Of a DNA stretch of 32,000 bases, positions 7,647 to 17,287 are shown piece by piece; positions within the stretch are counted from its first letter, which is position 1, and every line of letters begins with the position of its first letter. Location: contig JAZGBI010000098.1 of assembly GCA_036476315.1 (NCBI GenBank), positions 1 to 32,000 on the forward strand, given 5' to 3'. Both the position numbers and the translations under genes were made by a program. Under the pieces are notes generated by a model that was not told where the DNA came from, made no database searches, and saw only the letters and a program-made list of their open reading frames with translations. This stretch comes from Fidelibacterota bacterium. GTDB lineage: Bacteria > Fidelibacterota > Marinisomatia > Marinisomatales > S15-B10.

Positions 7647-9587
7647 CTCAGCGATATCTGTATAAAGATCCAGAGACCCCGGGTTTGCCAGGGCATCCCG
7701 GTTGAGGGCCTCATCACCGTGAATGATCCTTTTCACGGCAACTTCCACTTTTTTCCCGTTTATGGTGTAGGGAATATCTGTGACGGGAAGAATCTTGGCT
7801 GGCACATGACGTGGTGAGCAGTTAGTTCGAATCGTCTGTCTGATCTGTTGAACAAGGGCGTCCGTAAGATCCACACCTTCGTTGAGCTTCACGAATAGGA
7901 TCACCCTTTCATCTCCCCGCCACTGCTGTCCCACCGCCAGGCTATCTGACACCTCCTGCAGAGCTTCCACAACCTGGTAGATTTCCGCAGTTCCGATCCG
8001 AACACCACTGGGATTCAACGTGGCATCACTCCGACCGAATATCCTGACACCTCCATGATCGTTTATCGTGATATAATCTCCATGGCTCCAGACATTTGAA
8101 AAGAGATCGAAGTAGGCACCTCGGTACTTCGAACCGTCTGGATCATTCCAGAAATAGATGGGCATAGAGGGAAAGGGTGAGACGCAGACAAGTTCTCCTT
8201 TCTCGTTTGTCTGTCCTGTTCCGTGCGGGTCAAAGGAGTCCACCTTCATTCCCAGTCCCCGGCACTGAAGTTCCCCCCGGTATACGGGCACGGTAGGATT
8301 CCCCAGGGCAAAACAGGAAATGATGTCTGTCCCGCCGGAGATGGATGACAGCATCACATCCTCCTTAATATCCCGGTAAACGTAGTCGAAGCTCTCTTCC
8401 ACCAGTGGCGAACCGGTAGAAAGGATGGCCCGCAGTTTTCTCAGGTTAAATGCCTCTTTCGGTTTCACGCCTTCCGCCTCGCAGGCCGAGATGAACTTGG
8501 CGCTCGTTCCGAAGACCGTAATTCCCAGCTCCTCAGCCATCCGCCACATGGCCCCGGCATCGGGATAGAAGGGGGAACCATCGAAAAGAACCACCGTGGC
8601 ACCCACGGCCAGGGAGCTCACCAACCAGTTCCACATCATCCACCCACAGGTAGTGAAATAGAAAATGGTGTCCTCCCGTCTGAGATCGGTGTGAAGACGA
8701 AGTTCTTTCAGATGCTGGATGAGGGTGCCACCGGCTCCGTGGACCATCGATTTGGGCAGGCCTGTCGTGCCGGAAGAATACATGATGTATAGGGGATGGT
8801 CGAAGGGCAGCTGTTCAAATGGCAGTTCAGGAACCTCATCGTCAGGACGGAAATCCCGGTAATGAATACCATTCCTTATGCCCGAAATGTCTTCTCGCTC
8901 CTGCGTGTAGGGAACCACCACAACCCTTTCGACATCCGGTAGTTCACTCAGAATACCCCGCAGTTTCTCCAGACTGTCGATGGGCTTGCCATTGTAATAG
9001 TAGCCATTTGCCGAGAAGAGAACCTTCGGTTGAATCTGACTGAATCTATCGAGGACACCGCGAATCCCGAAATCGGGAGACGAAGAACTCCAGACGGCCC
9101 CGATGGACGCCGTGGCCAACATGGCAACAACAGTCTCCGGAAGATTGGGCATAAAACCGGCTACCCGGTCTCCTGCGGTGACTCCGAGTTCTCTCAAAGC
9201 ATGACCGATTCTTGAAACTTCCTGGTGCAGCTCACCATAGGTTAGTTCCCGATCGGGCTGACCTTCTCCCCGGAAAACCACCGCGGTCTGGGCATCACGG
9301 AAGCGAAGAAGGTTTTCCGCAAAATTGAGACGGGCCCCAGAGAACCATTTCGCTCCGGGCATCTTTCCCGGATCGTCAACTACCTCATGATATGATTGAG
9401 AAGAGATGATCTCGCCAAACTCCCACATATCCGCCCAGAACTCACCAATGAAATTCACCGACCAGTCGTACAACTGATGGTAGTTCAGGTGATCCAATCC
9501 GCGCCGCTCGTTGACGAAACGGCGAAACTTATCCATCTGCGATCGTCTCATCGCCCTGGAGTTTGGACTCCACATAATATCTGACAT
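7635..9587 (-). CDS. acetoacetyl-CoA synthetase (acetoacetate--CoA ligase)
   Basis: 650 aa. The N-terminus (W.P........M..F......G.......L..WSV....FW...W.F) and the AMP-binding motif YSSGTTGLPKSMVHG are typical of the AacS subfamily of acyl-CoA synthetases. The 3' end overlaps bioY convergently by 12 nt. Confidence 0.85.
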   Translation of the reverse strand: MSDIMWSPNSRAMRRSQMDKFRRFVNERRGLDHLNYHQLYDWSVNFIGEFWADMWEFGEIISSQSYHEVVDDPGKMPGAKWFSGARLNFAENLLRFRDAQTAVVFRGEGQPDRELTYGELHQEVSRIGHALRELGVTAGDRVAGFMPNLPETVVAMLATASIGAVWSSSSPDFGIRGVLDRFSQIQPKVLFSANGYYYNGKPIDSLEKLRGILSELPDVERVVVVPYTQEREDISGIRNGIHYRDFRPDDEVPELPFEQLPFDHPLYIMYSSGTTGLPKSMVHGAGGTLIQHLKELRLHTDLRREDTIFYFTTCGWMMWNWLVSSLAVGATVVLFDGSPFYPDAGAMWRMAEELGITVFGTSAKFISACEAEGVKPKEAFNLRKLRAILSTGSPLVEESFDYVYRDIKEDVMLSSISGGTDIISCFALGNPTVPVYRGELQCRGLGMKVDSFDPHGTGQTNEKGELVCVSPFPSMPIYFWNDPDGSKYRGAYFDLFSNVWSHGDYITINDHGGVRIFGRSDATLNPSGVRIGTAEIYQVVEALQEVSDSLAVGQQWRGDERVILFVKLNEGVDLTDALVQQIRQTIRTNCSPRHVPAKILPVTDIPYTINGKKVEVAVKRIIHGDEALNRDALANPGSLDLYTDIAELRS

Positions 9588-9736
9588 TGCCCCTCCTTCC
9601 CTTCAGCAGTTGGACAAATGGTACCGACTTCTCGTTATAAAATCAACTCAAATACGGTTTGTATGCTTCTTTTGCATGCTCTAAATTTTCCGGTCGTGGA
9701 ACCCAGATTAAGAAAACGTACGGAGAGAAGTCCACG

Positions 9737-12439
9737 TTGAAATATATCTACTTTTTCGGTGACGGTCAGGCCGAAGGTAGTGCCAACATGAAAGAACTCC
9801 TCGGAGGCAAAGGGGCCAATATTGCAGAGATGACCAATCTGGCTATCCCCGTCCCACCTGGTTTTACCCTCACGACGGAAGTGTGCCGCTACTACAGCAA
9901 TCGCGACCGGACGTACCCCGCTGAACTGGCAGAAGATGTCGATTCCGCCATAGAAAAAACGGAACGGATTATGGCGCGGAAATTCGGGGATTCTAATAAT
10001 CCCCTTCTTTTCTCAGTGCGTTCGGGTGCCCGGGCCTCTATGCCGGGCATGATGGAAACCGTTTTGAATGTGGGTCTGACTACTCGAACCATTCCTGGCC
10101 TCATCAAGAAAACGAATAATCCCCGCTTCGTTTTCGACGCCTATCGACGCCTTATGATGATGTACTCCGACGTTGTCATGGAAAAAGCCGGGGGCATTAC
10201 ACCCAAAGAGGGCCTCGGCATCCGTGAGCAGCTTGAAGAGCTTATTGAGCTGCACAAAGAAGACAAAGGGGTGCATCAAGATATTGAACTGGATGCCCAT
10301 GACTGGCAGACCCTGTCGGAAAAATTCAAGGAAAGAATCAGCCACGTTTTAGGTGCCGAGTTCCCTGATGATTCCTATGAACAACTCTGGGGAGCGATTG
10401 GGGCTGTCTTCCAATCCTGGAACGGGAAACGGGCGGTAGCCTACCGGCGGATCGAGGGACTGCCCGATAGCTGGGGAACCGCCGTGAACGTCCAATCCAT
10501 GGTTTTCGGAAACATGGGAGAAGAGAGCGCCACAGGAGTGGGATTTACCCGCAATCCTGCGACGGGCCAAAATGTCTTTTACGGTGAATGGTTGCCCAAT
10601 GCCCAGGGGGAAGATGTGGTGGCTGGCATTCGCACCCCCAATCCCCTTAATATTGACGGAAAGACAGAAAAGAACCGGGATCTTCCTTCTCTCGAAGAAG
10701 CAATGCCCGGGCCGTATTCGGCCCTCGATGACATCCAGAGGAGGCTTGACACTCACTACCGGGACATGCAGGACATCGAATTCACCATTGAAGAAGGCCG
10801 TTTATGGATGCTCCAAACGCGCGTCGGCAAGCGCAACGGCGTTGCGGCGGTTAAGATGGCTGTGGATATGCATCATCAAGAATTGATTTCAAAGGAAGAA
10901 GCCTTAATGAGAGTCAAACCCTCTCAACTGGATGAGCTTCTCCATCCCATGGTGGATCCGGTCGCCGAGGAGTCAGCTGCGTTTCTGGCCGACGGTCTTC
11001 CGGCTGGACCCGGCGGTGCTCTGGGCCAGATCGTTTTCACAGCCGATGACGCAGAATCGTGGACCAACGACGGAAAAAAGGTGGTCCTTGTTCGCAATGA
11101 AACTTCTCCTGAGGACGTACATGGCATGCACGTGGCTGAGGGTATCCTGACCGCAAAGGGGGGCATGACAAGCCACGCCGCCCTTGTGGCCAGAGGATGG
11201 GGGAAATGCTGCATCGTCGGATGCGGAGCGCTCAATATCAATCGCCGGAAGAAAACGATCCACGTAAATGGAAAGGTGTTGAAAGAAGGGGATTGGATCA
11301 CCTTGAACGGCACCAAAGGAAATGTCTATCTGGGTGAGCTGCCGCTGGTTCAGGCGGATCCAGTACATAATGAATCCTTCCGGCCACTGATGAAACTCGC
11401 CGACGAAGTCCGGGTGCTGGGTGTCCGCACAAATGCGGACCGGACAGAAGACGCGAAGCAGGCCCGAACTTTTGGCGCTGAGGGTATCGGTCTCTGTCGA
11501 ACGGAACATATGTTTTTTGACCCGGACAGGATCTCGGCGATACGCGAAATGATCGTCGCCGCCTCGCAAGAGGAGCGGCGGAAAGCCGTCATGAAACTCC
11601 TCCCCTACCAACGGAAGGACTTCTACGCGATCCTTAAAGCCATGGAGGGACTTCCCGTGACCATCCGCCTTCTCGATCCTCCCCTCCATGAATTCGTGAA
11701 TCTTACGGAAGAGAAGACAGCGCAACTGGCGACGGAACTGGGTGTGGACGAAGCCAACCTGCAGGCTCGAATCCAGTCACTCCACGAGCTCAACCCCATG
11801 CTGGGGCACCGGGGATGCCGCCTGGGAATTTCCTATCCTGAGATTACTGAAATGCAGGCCCGGGCCATCTTCGAGGCCACTGCCCGGCTCACGAAAGAGG
11901 GTGTGGAAGCCAAGCCAGAGGTCATGGTTCCTCTCATAGCAACGGCGGCCGAGTTCAAACATCAAGAGAAAATCATCCGTCAAACGGCAGAAAAAGTGAT
12001 GAATGAAACAGGACAGGAGTTTGACTATCTTGTTGGGACCATGATCGAGCTCCCCAGGGCGGCTCTCACGGCCGATGAGATTGCCAAAGAGGCTGAATTT
12101 TTTTCATTCGGAACCAATGACTTGACACAGACAACATATGGATTTTCCCGCGACGACATCGGGGGCTTTCTGCCTACCTATCTGGAGCAGAAGATCCTTC
12201 CCCATGATCCTTTCCAATCACTGGATCAGGCGGGAGTCGGACAGCTGGTCCAGCTGGGTGTGGATAGAGGCAGGTCAGTCAAGGATGACTTGAAGGTGGG
12301 AATCTGCGGTGAACACGGGGGCGACCCCGATTCCATCGATTTCTGCCACCGTGCCGGCCTCGATTACGTGAGCTGCTCTCCTTTCCGTGTGCCCATCGCC
12401 CGGCTCGCGGCTGCCCAGGCAGCCATTCGAAATAAGTAA
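9737..12439 (+). CDS. ppdK: pyruvate, phosphate dikinase
   Basis: (L->M)KYIYFFGDGQAEGSANMKELLGGKGANIAEMTNL is the canonical PPDK N-terminus. It also has the phosphohistidine segment GGMTSHAALVARGWGK and a PEP-utilizing C-terminal domain (NDLTQ, CGEHGGDP). There is no in-frame ATG upstream of the conserved N-terminus. TTG 9737 has GGAGAG 9 nt upstream; the ORF technically opens at TTG 9659. Confidence 0.93.
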   Translation: MKYIYFFGDGQAEGSANMKELLGGKGANIAEMTNLAIPVPPGFTLTTEVCRYYSNRDRTYPAELAEDVDSAIEKTERIMARKFGDSNNPLLFSVRSGARASMPGMMETVLNVGLTTRTIPGLIKKTNNPRFVFDAYRRLMMMYSDVVMEKAGGITPKEGLGIREQLEELIELHKEDKGVHQDIELDAHDWQTLSEKFKERISHVLGAEFPDDSYEQLWGAIGAVFQSWNGKRAVAYRRIEGLPDSWGTAVNVQSMVFGNMGEESATGVGFTRNPATGQNVFYGEWLPNAQGEDVVAGIRTPNPLNIDGKTEKNRDLPSLEEAMPGPYSALDDIQRRLDTHYRDMQDIEFTIEEGRLWMLQTRVGKRNGVAAVKMAVDMHHQELISKEEALMRVKPSQLDELLHPMVDPVAEESAAFLADGLPAGPGGALGQIVFTADDAESWTNDGKKVVLVRNETSPEDVHGMHVAEGILTAKGGMTSHAALVARGWGKCCIVGCGALNINRRKKTIHVNGKVLKEGDWITLNGTKGNVYLGELPLVQADPVHNESFRPLMKLADEVRVLGVRTNADRTEDAKQARTFGAEGIGLCRTEHMFFDPDRISAIREMIVAASQEERRKAVMKLLPYQRKDFYAILKAMEGLPVTIRLLDPPLHEFVNLTEEKTAQLATELGVDEANLQARIQSLHELNPMLGHRGCRLGISYPEITEMQARAIFEATARLTKEGVEAKPEVMVPLIATAAEFKHQEKIIRQTAEKVMNETGQEFDYLVGTMIELPRAALTADEIAKEAEFFSFGTNDLTQTTYGFSRDDIGGFLPTYLEQKILPHDPFQSLDQAGVGQLVQLGVDRGRSVKDDLKVGICGEHGGDPDSIDFCHRAGLDYVSCSPFRVPIARLAAAQAAIRNK

Positions 12440-12500
12440 ACCACAGATTACACGGAGTTCACCGAGACTGTCCTGACTTCTTCAACCGAGATAAGACACC

Positions 12501-13043
12501 ATGTATCATCTTGGTAACACGGATCTTCTTGACGACAATCCAATCGCTATTTATGGCTCCCGGGACATTCCGATCTCTGTTCATAATTCAGTTCTTAGCC
12601 TTGTTAATCCCCTCATGGAATCGCCTGTTACTCTCGCTGGCGGGTGGCAGTCAAAACTTGAAAAGGCGTTACTCAAGGCGAGGAGACCGGGATCGCCGTC
12701 CAACATCATTTACGTTCTCGCTAAAGGAATTCATAGCTTCAGGGTGTCAAAATCCCTGAGGGGAGATCTCGATAGGGGAAAAGTTCTTATTATTTCCCCC
12801 TGGATGAGTGACAACCGAATTGATGAAAAAAAGGTGACAAAACGGGACGATTTCATCTTAAATCAGATGGGGCGCTTCCTCTTTCTGCATATCAGAGAAG
12901 GGGGCAATCTGGAAGAGCTCTTTTTCCGCTGCTTGGAGCTCGGAAAGGAAGTTTTTCTCCTCGATGACCTGACAAACGAGACCTGGGCGAATCCGGAAGT
13001 GGTCTCTATATCTGGCAAAGATTTGACTCCCCTGATCTCCTAA
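12501..13043 (+). CDS. stand-alone DprA/Smf-like Rossmann (SLOG-type) domain protein
   Basis: 180 aa. IAIYGSRDIP...LAGGWQSKLEKALLKA...IIYVLAKGI...GKVLIISPW...RDDFILNQMGRFLFLHIREGGNLEELFFRCLELGKEVFLLDD is collinear with the DprA core (IAIVGSR...SGLA.GID..AH...TIAVL..G...G.LISE...RNRIISGLS..vvvEa...SG.l.TA..A.eqGReVfavP). It lacks the DprA N-terminal and C-terminal accessory domains. Confidence 0.5.
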   Translation: MYHLGNTDLLDDNPIAIYGSRDIPISVHNSVLSLVNPLMESPVTLAGGWQSKLEKALLKARRPGSPSNIIYVLAKGIHSFRVSKSLRGDLDRGKVLIISPWMSDNRIDEKKVTKRDDFILNQMGRFLFLHIREGGNLEELFFRCLELGKEVFLLDDLTNETWANPEVVSISGKDLTPLIS

Positions 13044-13045
13044 GT

Positions 13046-13789
13046 TCATACCACTATCCCCCCATCAACGTTAATAATAGCCCCGTTTATGTAACTGGCC
13101 TCGTCGCTGGCCAGGAAGCAGTAGACACTGGCCACTTCCCCAGGCTGACCCATCCGTTCCAAGGGAATCTTTCTCACCTTCGCCTCGATTATCTCTTCGG
13201 GGATATCCTTCAACATGTCCGTCTCGATAAATCCCGGAGCCACTGCATTCACCCGTATGCCGTATTTCCCCAGCTCCCTGGCCCAGACCCTGGTCATCCC
13301 GATGACGCCACTCTTGCTGGCCACATAATTGGTCTGACCAAAATTGCCGTAAAGTGCAACCACGGATGTGGCATTCAATATCACCCCCGATTGCTGCTCT
13401 CGCATTACCCGCGCCACCTCCTGGGTGCAAATGAAGGTCCCTTTCAGGTTTACCCGGATGACGCGGTCGAATTCTTCATCGGTCATCTTCTTCAACGTTT
13501 TGTCCTGTATCACGCCTGCATTGTTCACCAGAACGTCAATGCACCCGAACTTGTCCATCATCGATGTAACCATTTGCCGCACACTTTCCCTGTGGGTTAT
13601 GTCCACATGAACAAACAGGGCCTCCGGACCCGAGCTGGAAATCTCGCGAGCCGCACTCTCGCCAGTCGTTTGATTAACCTCCGCCACGACAACTCTGGCT
13701 CCCTCCTGAGCAAACCGGAAAGCCGTCTCTCGCCCTATACCCTGACCTCCTCCCGTAATGATCACGACTTTGTCTTTGAGTCCCTTCAT
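13046..13789 (-). CDS. short-chain dehydrogenase/reductase, 3-oxoacyl-ACP (FabG) / acetoacetyl-CoA reductase-like
   Basis: 247 aa with TGGGQGIG (TGxxxGxG), NNAG, the catalytic S...YxxxK (NYVASKSGV) and the PGFIETDM motif. Confidence 0.85.
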   Translation of the reverse strand: MKGLKDKVVIITGGGQGIGRETAFRFAQEGARVVVAEVNQTTGESAAREISSSGPEALFVHVDITHRESVRQMVTSMMDKFGCIDVLVNNAGVIQDKTLKKMTDEEFDRVIRVNLKGTFICTQEVARVMREQQSGVILNATSVVALYGNFGQTNYVASKSGVIGMTRVWARELGKYGIRVNAVAPGFIETDMLKDIPEEIIEAKVRKIPLERMGQPGEVASVYCFLASDEASYINGAIINVDGGIVV

Positions 13790-13882
13790 TTTAGTCTCCT
13801 CTTAGTACCGGAAATAATGCAATACTTTTGCCTGACCTTCAATCTTTTTTCTTTTGCATCCTCACTGTAACTTCCCCCCACC

Positions 13883-15511
13883 TTGCGACGGGCCTGCCTC
13901 TATCTCCTTCTTCTTCCCCTTGTCATGCCGGGGCAGGAGGATATCTACTTCAGCCCTGTTTTTGACGTCTCAGAAGTCTCAAAAGCCCTCCAGTCGATCT
14001 CGCAAAGTGATCTTGAAGCTCATCTCATATTTCTCGCTTCAGACGCAACGGAAGGAAGAGAAACCGGCCATCGCGGTCTTCAGGTGGCGGCCCACTATAT
14101 CGCCTCTCAATTTCGACGAATCGGACTCACCTCTCTGAATCCGGACGGGTCTTTTTTCCAGCAGTATGAAGTCTTGAAGAGCCGCCTGGGAGAGGATCCC
14201 ACTCTCGCCCTTTTGTATGAGGAGGGGGCAAGTCAGCTGAAAGAAATCTTTCAATATAAGGAAGATTACTTCCTCTCCACCCGCAACTTGACCAGCAAGT
14301 TGGAGATTCAATCACCGGTTGTTTTCGCCGGGTACGGAATTGTAGCGCCGGAGTACGACTATGACGATTACGCAGGAATAGAGGTTTCTCACAGAATCGC
14401 TCTGGTCATTGAAGGAGAGCCTGATTTTGATGATGCCCGCCGTTTCAAGGGGAAAGAATTCACCCATTTCTCCAATGTGAGGGAAAAGCTGACAGAGGCC
14501 AAAGAAAAAGGGGCCGTTGCACTCCTTGTCGCATCAAATCCAAAGTTAGACAGGATTTTCACCGAGAAGTTCAAAGGGTGGGAGCGGTGGCTACATCGTG
14601 AGAGCATGATGCTTCCAACCTCGGGAAAATCCGTGCCCCTTTTCTTTATTAGCACTCGCACCGCGGACCGAATTTTGGAAGGAGCGGGCAAAACGCTTCA
14701 GGAACTCCAGACGGAATTGGACGCCGGAGGGGACCCCGTTTCTCAGACCCTCCATGATCGATACATTCGTTTTACCCTTGATGTGGAAAAGGAGACTCTC
14801 GTGACCCAGAATGTCGCTGGATATTCCCCGGGAAACGATCCCAAAGCGGGTGGTGAGATGATCATCATATCCGCTCATTATGATCATCTGGGTGTAGACG
14901 AACAAGGAACCATCTCGTATGGCGCCGATGATAACGGAACGGGAACGAGCGTCCTCCTGGAGGTTGCGGAGGCGGTAGCGACAAATCCGGAATTGCCAAG
15001 GAGGGGATATCTGTTCCTCGCTGTCTCCGGCGAAGAGAAGGGGTTACTAGGCTCCCAATACTATGTAGGACACCCTCTTATGTCCCTGGAAAGCACCGTG
15101 GCGAACCTAAACATCGATATGGTGGGCCGGAATGCACCTGACAGCATTTATGTCATCGGCTCGAATATGATGAGCGAAGACCTCCATCGAATAAACGAAT
15201 TCGCCGCCACCAAGGTCAAGGAACTTCATCTCAATTACCGGTATAACTCTCTGGATGATCCCAACCGGTTCTATTACCGGAGTGACCACTATAATTTCGC
15301 AAAAAATGACATCCCGGTGATTTTTTATTTTTCCGGGGTGCATAAAGACTATCATAAGCCGACGGACACCGTCGACAAAATCAATTTCGAAAAGCTGGAC
15401 AAAGTGGCCCGGCTGGTCTTCCTCACAGGATGGGGCGTCACACAAAACATCACGCGGCCGAGAAAGAATGCCGGCCAATATCCCGAGCTTCCGGATAAGA
15501 TTATGTTCTAG
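13883..15511 (+). CDS. secreted M28-family aminopeptidase with PA (protease-associated) domain
   Basis: 542 aa with a signal-like N-terminus (TTG start, MRRACLYLLLLPLV). SAHYDHLG, GADDNGTGTSVLLEVAEA, SGEEKGLLGSQYY and DYHKPTD are M28 zinc-ligand blocks. Confidence 0.85.
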   Translation: MRRACLYLLLLPLVMPGQEDIYFSPVFDVSEVSKALQSISQSDLEAHLIFLASDATEGRETGHRGLQVAAHYIASQFRRIGLTSLNPDGSFFQQYEVLKSRLGEDPTLALLYEEGASQLKEIFQYKEDYFLSTRNLTSKLEIQSPVVFAGYGIVAPEYDYDDYAGIEVSHRIALVIEGEPDFDDARRFKGKEFTHFSNVREKLTEAKEKGAVALLVASNPKLDRIFTEKFKGWERWLHRESMMLPTSGKSVPLFFISTRTADRILEGAGKTLQELQTELDAGGDPVSQTLHDRYIRFTLDVEKETLVTQNVAGYSPGNDPKAGGEMIIISAHYDHLGVDEQGTISYGADDNGTGTSVLLEVAEAVATNPELPRRGYLFLAVSGEEKGLLGSQYYVGHPLMSLESTVANLNIDMVGRNAPDSIYVIGSNMMSEDLHRINEFAATKVKELHLNYRYNSLDDPNRFYYRSDHYNFAKNDIPVIFYFSGVHKDYHKPTDTVDKINFEKLDKVARLVFLTGWGVTQNITRPRKNAGQYPELPDKIMF

Positions 15512-15561
15512 ACAAAGAGACAGAGAGACGAGGTGAAGGGGCGAAGAAGGACAAAGTAGAC

Positions 15562-15946
15562 CTGGTAACCGAGATAAGATCAGACAGGGATCTGCATGTA
15601 TACGCGCTGGCCTTTGATGTGGCTATGGAAATCTTTGAGATCACGAGCGAATTTCCTGTAGAAGAAAGATGTTCCTTGATAGACGAAATTCGCAGATCCT
15701 CTCGTTCCGCGTGTTCCAACACGGCGGAAGCGTACCGCAAGCGGAAGATATAAGGCTGCATTCATTGCAAAACTGAGCGATGCAGAATCCGAAGCGGCCG
15801 GGACTCAGGTGTGGGTCGAATTCGCCCTCAAATGCAGATATATAACGGAGAACGCCGCCAACAAGATCTACAAACAGTACGACAACAGTATTGGTAAGCT
15901 GGTCACCATGATTAATAATCCCAAGAAGTGGATATTGAAGGTATAG
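15562..15946 (+). pseudogene. four-helix-bundle protein (23S rRNA intervening-sequence protein family), frameshifted with no canonical start
   Basis: Frame A reads ..RDLHVYALAFDVAMEIFEITSEFPVEERCSLIDEIRRSSRSACSNTAEAYRKRKI and stops at TAA 15751-15753. Frame B from 15749 continues YKAAFIAKLSDAESEAAGTQVWVEFALKCRYITENAANKIYKQYDNSIGKLVTMINNPKKWILKV and stops at 15944-15946. Joined, they match the family pattern (..EE...L..QirRaa.Si..NiAEG..r......F...A.GS..E..t.l.....g.i). One extra A near 15748 breaks the frame. There is no ATG/GTG/TTG between the upstream in-frame stop (15496-15498) and the conserved region, so the start coordinate given is nominal. Confidence 0.6.
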
Positions 15947-16000
15947 CTCCCAGTCTCCCTCTCTCCCATTCCCCTGGTCTCCCAGTCATCAACTTCCAGT

Positions 16001-17176
16001 TCAACCAACAACTTCCTTAAACACTCGCTTGAAGTTTTCCCCGAGAATCTTGCGAACATCACTCTTGGAATAGCCCCGATCCAGAAGTTTCTCTGTAATC
16101 GCGGGAAACTTCGTACAGTCTTCCAATCCCTGAGGGGGGACGGAAATGCCGTCAAAATCCGATCCAAGCCCCACATGGTCCGCACCGGTAAGCCGGACGA
16201 TGTGGTCGATGTGGTCTATGAGAATGTCAATGGGCGGTGCCACTTTGGCGAGTGGTTCTTCAAGCACCTCTATGCGGGCTCCCCAGAAGTCATCTGAATC
16301 CTCATCATAAAGAGCTCTGAGGGAATCCAGTTCATTCGCGTAATCCTCTTCCACTTGATCCGCTCGTGCAGAGAACGTGCTGTCAATAAAGCTCGGGTAG
16401 AAATTGACAAATACGACCCCACCATTTTCCTTCACAGCGAGGAGCTGATCGTCCTTCAGATTCCGGTAGTGAGGACAGAGGGCGTAGGCGGAAGAATGGG
16501 AGGCGATTACCGGCTTTGACGTTGTTTGCATGATGTCCCAGAAGGTCCGTTCCCCCACATGTGAGACATCCACAATTACCCCCAGGTCATTGCAAGTCTG
16601 GACAATCTCGCGCCCAAAATCCGTCAAACCGAGAAAAGGGAGGTCCTCCTCCTCCGCCTCATCCCTGGCAGAAGTGGCCCACGTGGTGGAATTGTTCCAG
16701 GTGAGTGTGAGATATCGCATGCCCCGGTTGAATAGGTGTTCCAGGTTTTCAAGACTATTCTCAATATGATGGCCTCCTTCCACACCGATAACGGCCGCCA
16801 GTTTTCCCGTCTCCTCGATTGCCAATAGGTCATCGTATGTTTTTGCCATTTCAAATTTCCCCGGCGCTTTCCCCTCAAGTTCATACAGGGCATCAATCTC
16901 GGCATTCGCCTGCTCAAAAGAACTATCCAGGGGGAAGAAAGAGGGGTTGATCCAGACGGAGAAAACCTGGACATCCACTCCCCCCGCCAGTAGCCTGGGA
17001 ATATCCGAATGACCCGATGATGTCCACTGCGTAATGTCTTCGCCCCTCATCACACGGAGAAGAACGTCGTTATGGGTGTCTGCCACATATGCCCGGTCAT
17101 GGAAATCCTGTACCGATTCGGTGCAGGCCAAGAATGCGCATAAGGACAAGAAAACTGGCGTGACCGTCCTTTTCAT
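16001..17176 (-). CDS. membrane dipeptidase (peptidase M19, renal dipeptidase family), likely lipoprotein
   Basis: DTHNDVLLRVM, DVSHVGERTFWDIM, ASHSSAYALCPHYRNLKDDQL and HVGLGSDFDGI are M19 blocks. ATG 17176 (MKRTVTPVFLSLCAFLACTE, lipobox-like) is preceded by GGAGG at 9 nt. The ORF opens further upstream at 17230. Confidence 0.88.
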   Translation of the reverse strand: MKRTVTPVFLSLCAFLACTESVQDFHDRAYVADTHNDVLLRVMRGEDITQWTSSGHSDIPRLLAGGVDVQVFSVWINPSFFPLDSSFEQANAEIDALYELEGKAPGKFEMAKTYDDLLAIEETGKLAAVIGVEGGHHIENSLENLEHLFNRGMRYLTLTWNNSTTWATSARDEAEEEDLPFLGLTDFGREIVQTCNDLGVIVDVSHVGERTFWDIMQTTSKPVIASHSSAYALCPHYRNLKDDQLLAVKENGGVVFVNFYPSFIDSTFSARADQVEEDYANELDSLRALYDEDSDDFWGARIEVLEEPLAKVAPPIDILIDHIDHIVRLTGADHVGLGSDFDGISVPPQGLEDCTKFPAITEKLLDRGYSKSDVRKILGENFKRVFKEVVG

Positions 17177-17287
17177 GACATGCTTCCTCCCTTTTCTAAT
17201 GCCAGATCTTCTCGGAATTATCTCTGTCAAATTCTCATCTCAACGGGTTTGCCACCATCTATTTACGGAGTCGGGGAAACAATCCCT

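Noticed and set aside
9659-9736. N-terminal extension of ppdK (MYASFACSKFSGRG..)
   Set aside because: The canonical PPDK N-terminus begins at KYIYFFGDG, and TTG 9737 has a Shine-Dalgarno-like GGAGAG at proper spacing. The extension is probably untranslated, though this is uncertain.
10973-11725. 250-aa - strand ORF, plus other ORFs of 100-135 aa within 9892-11983
   Set aside because: All lie inside and antisense (or out of frame) to the well-supported ppdK gene.
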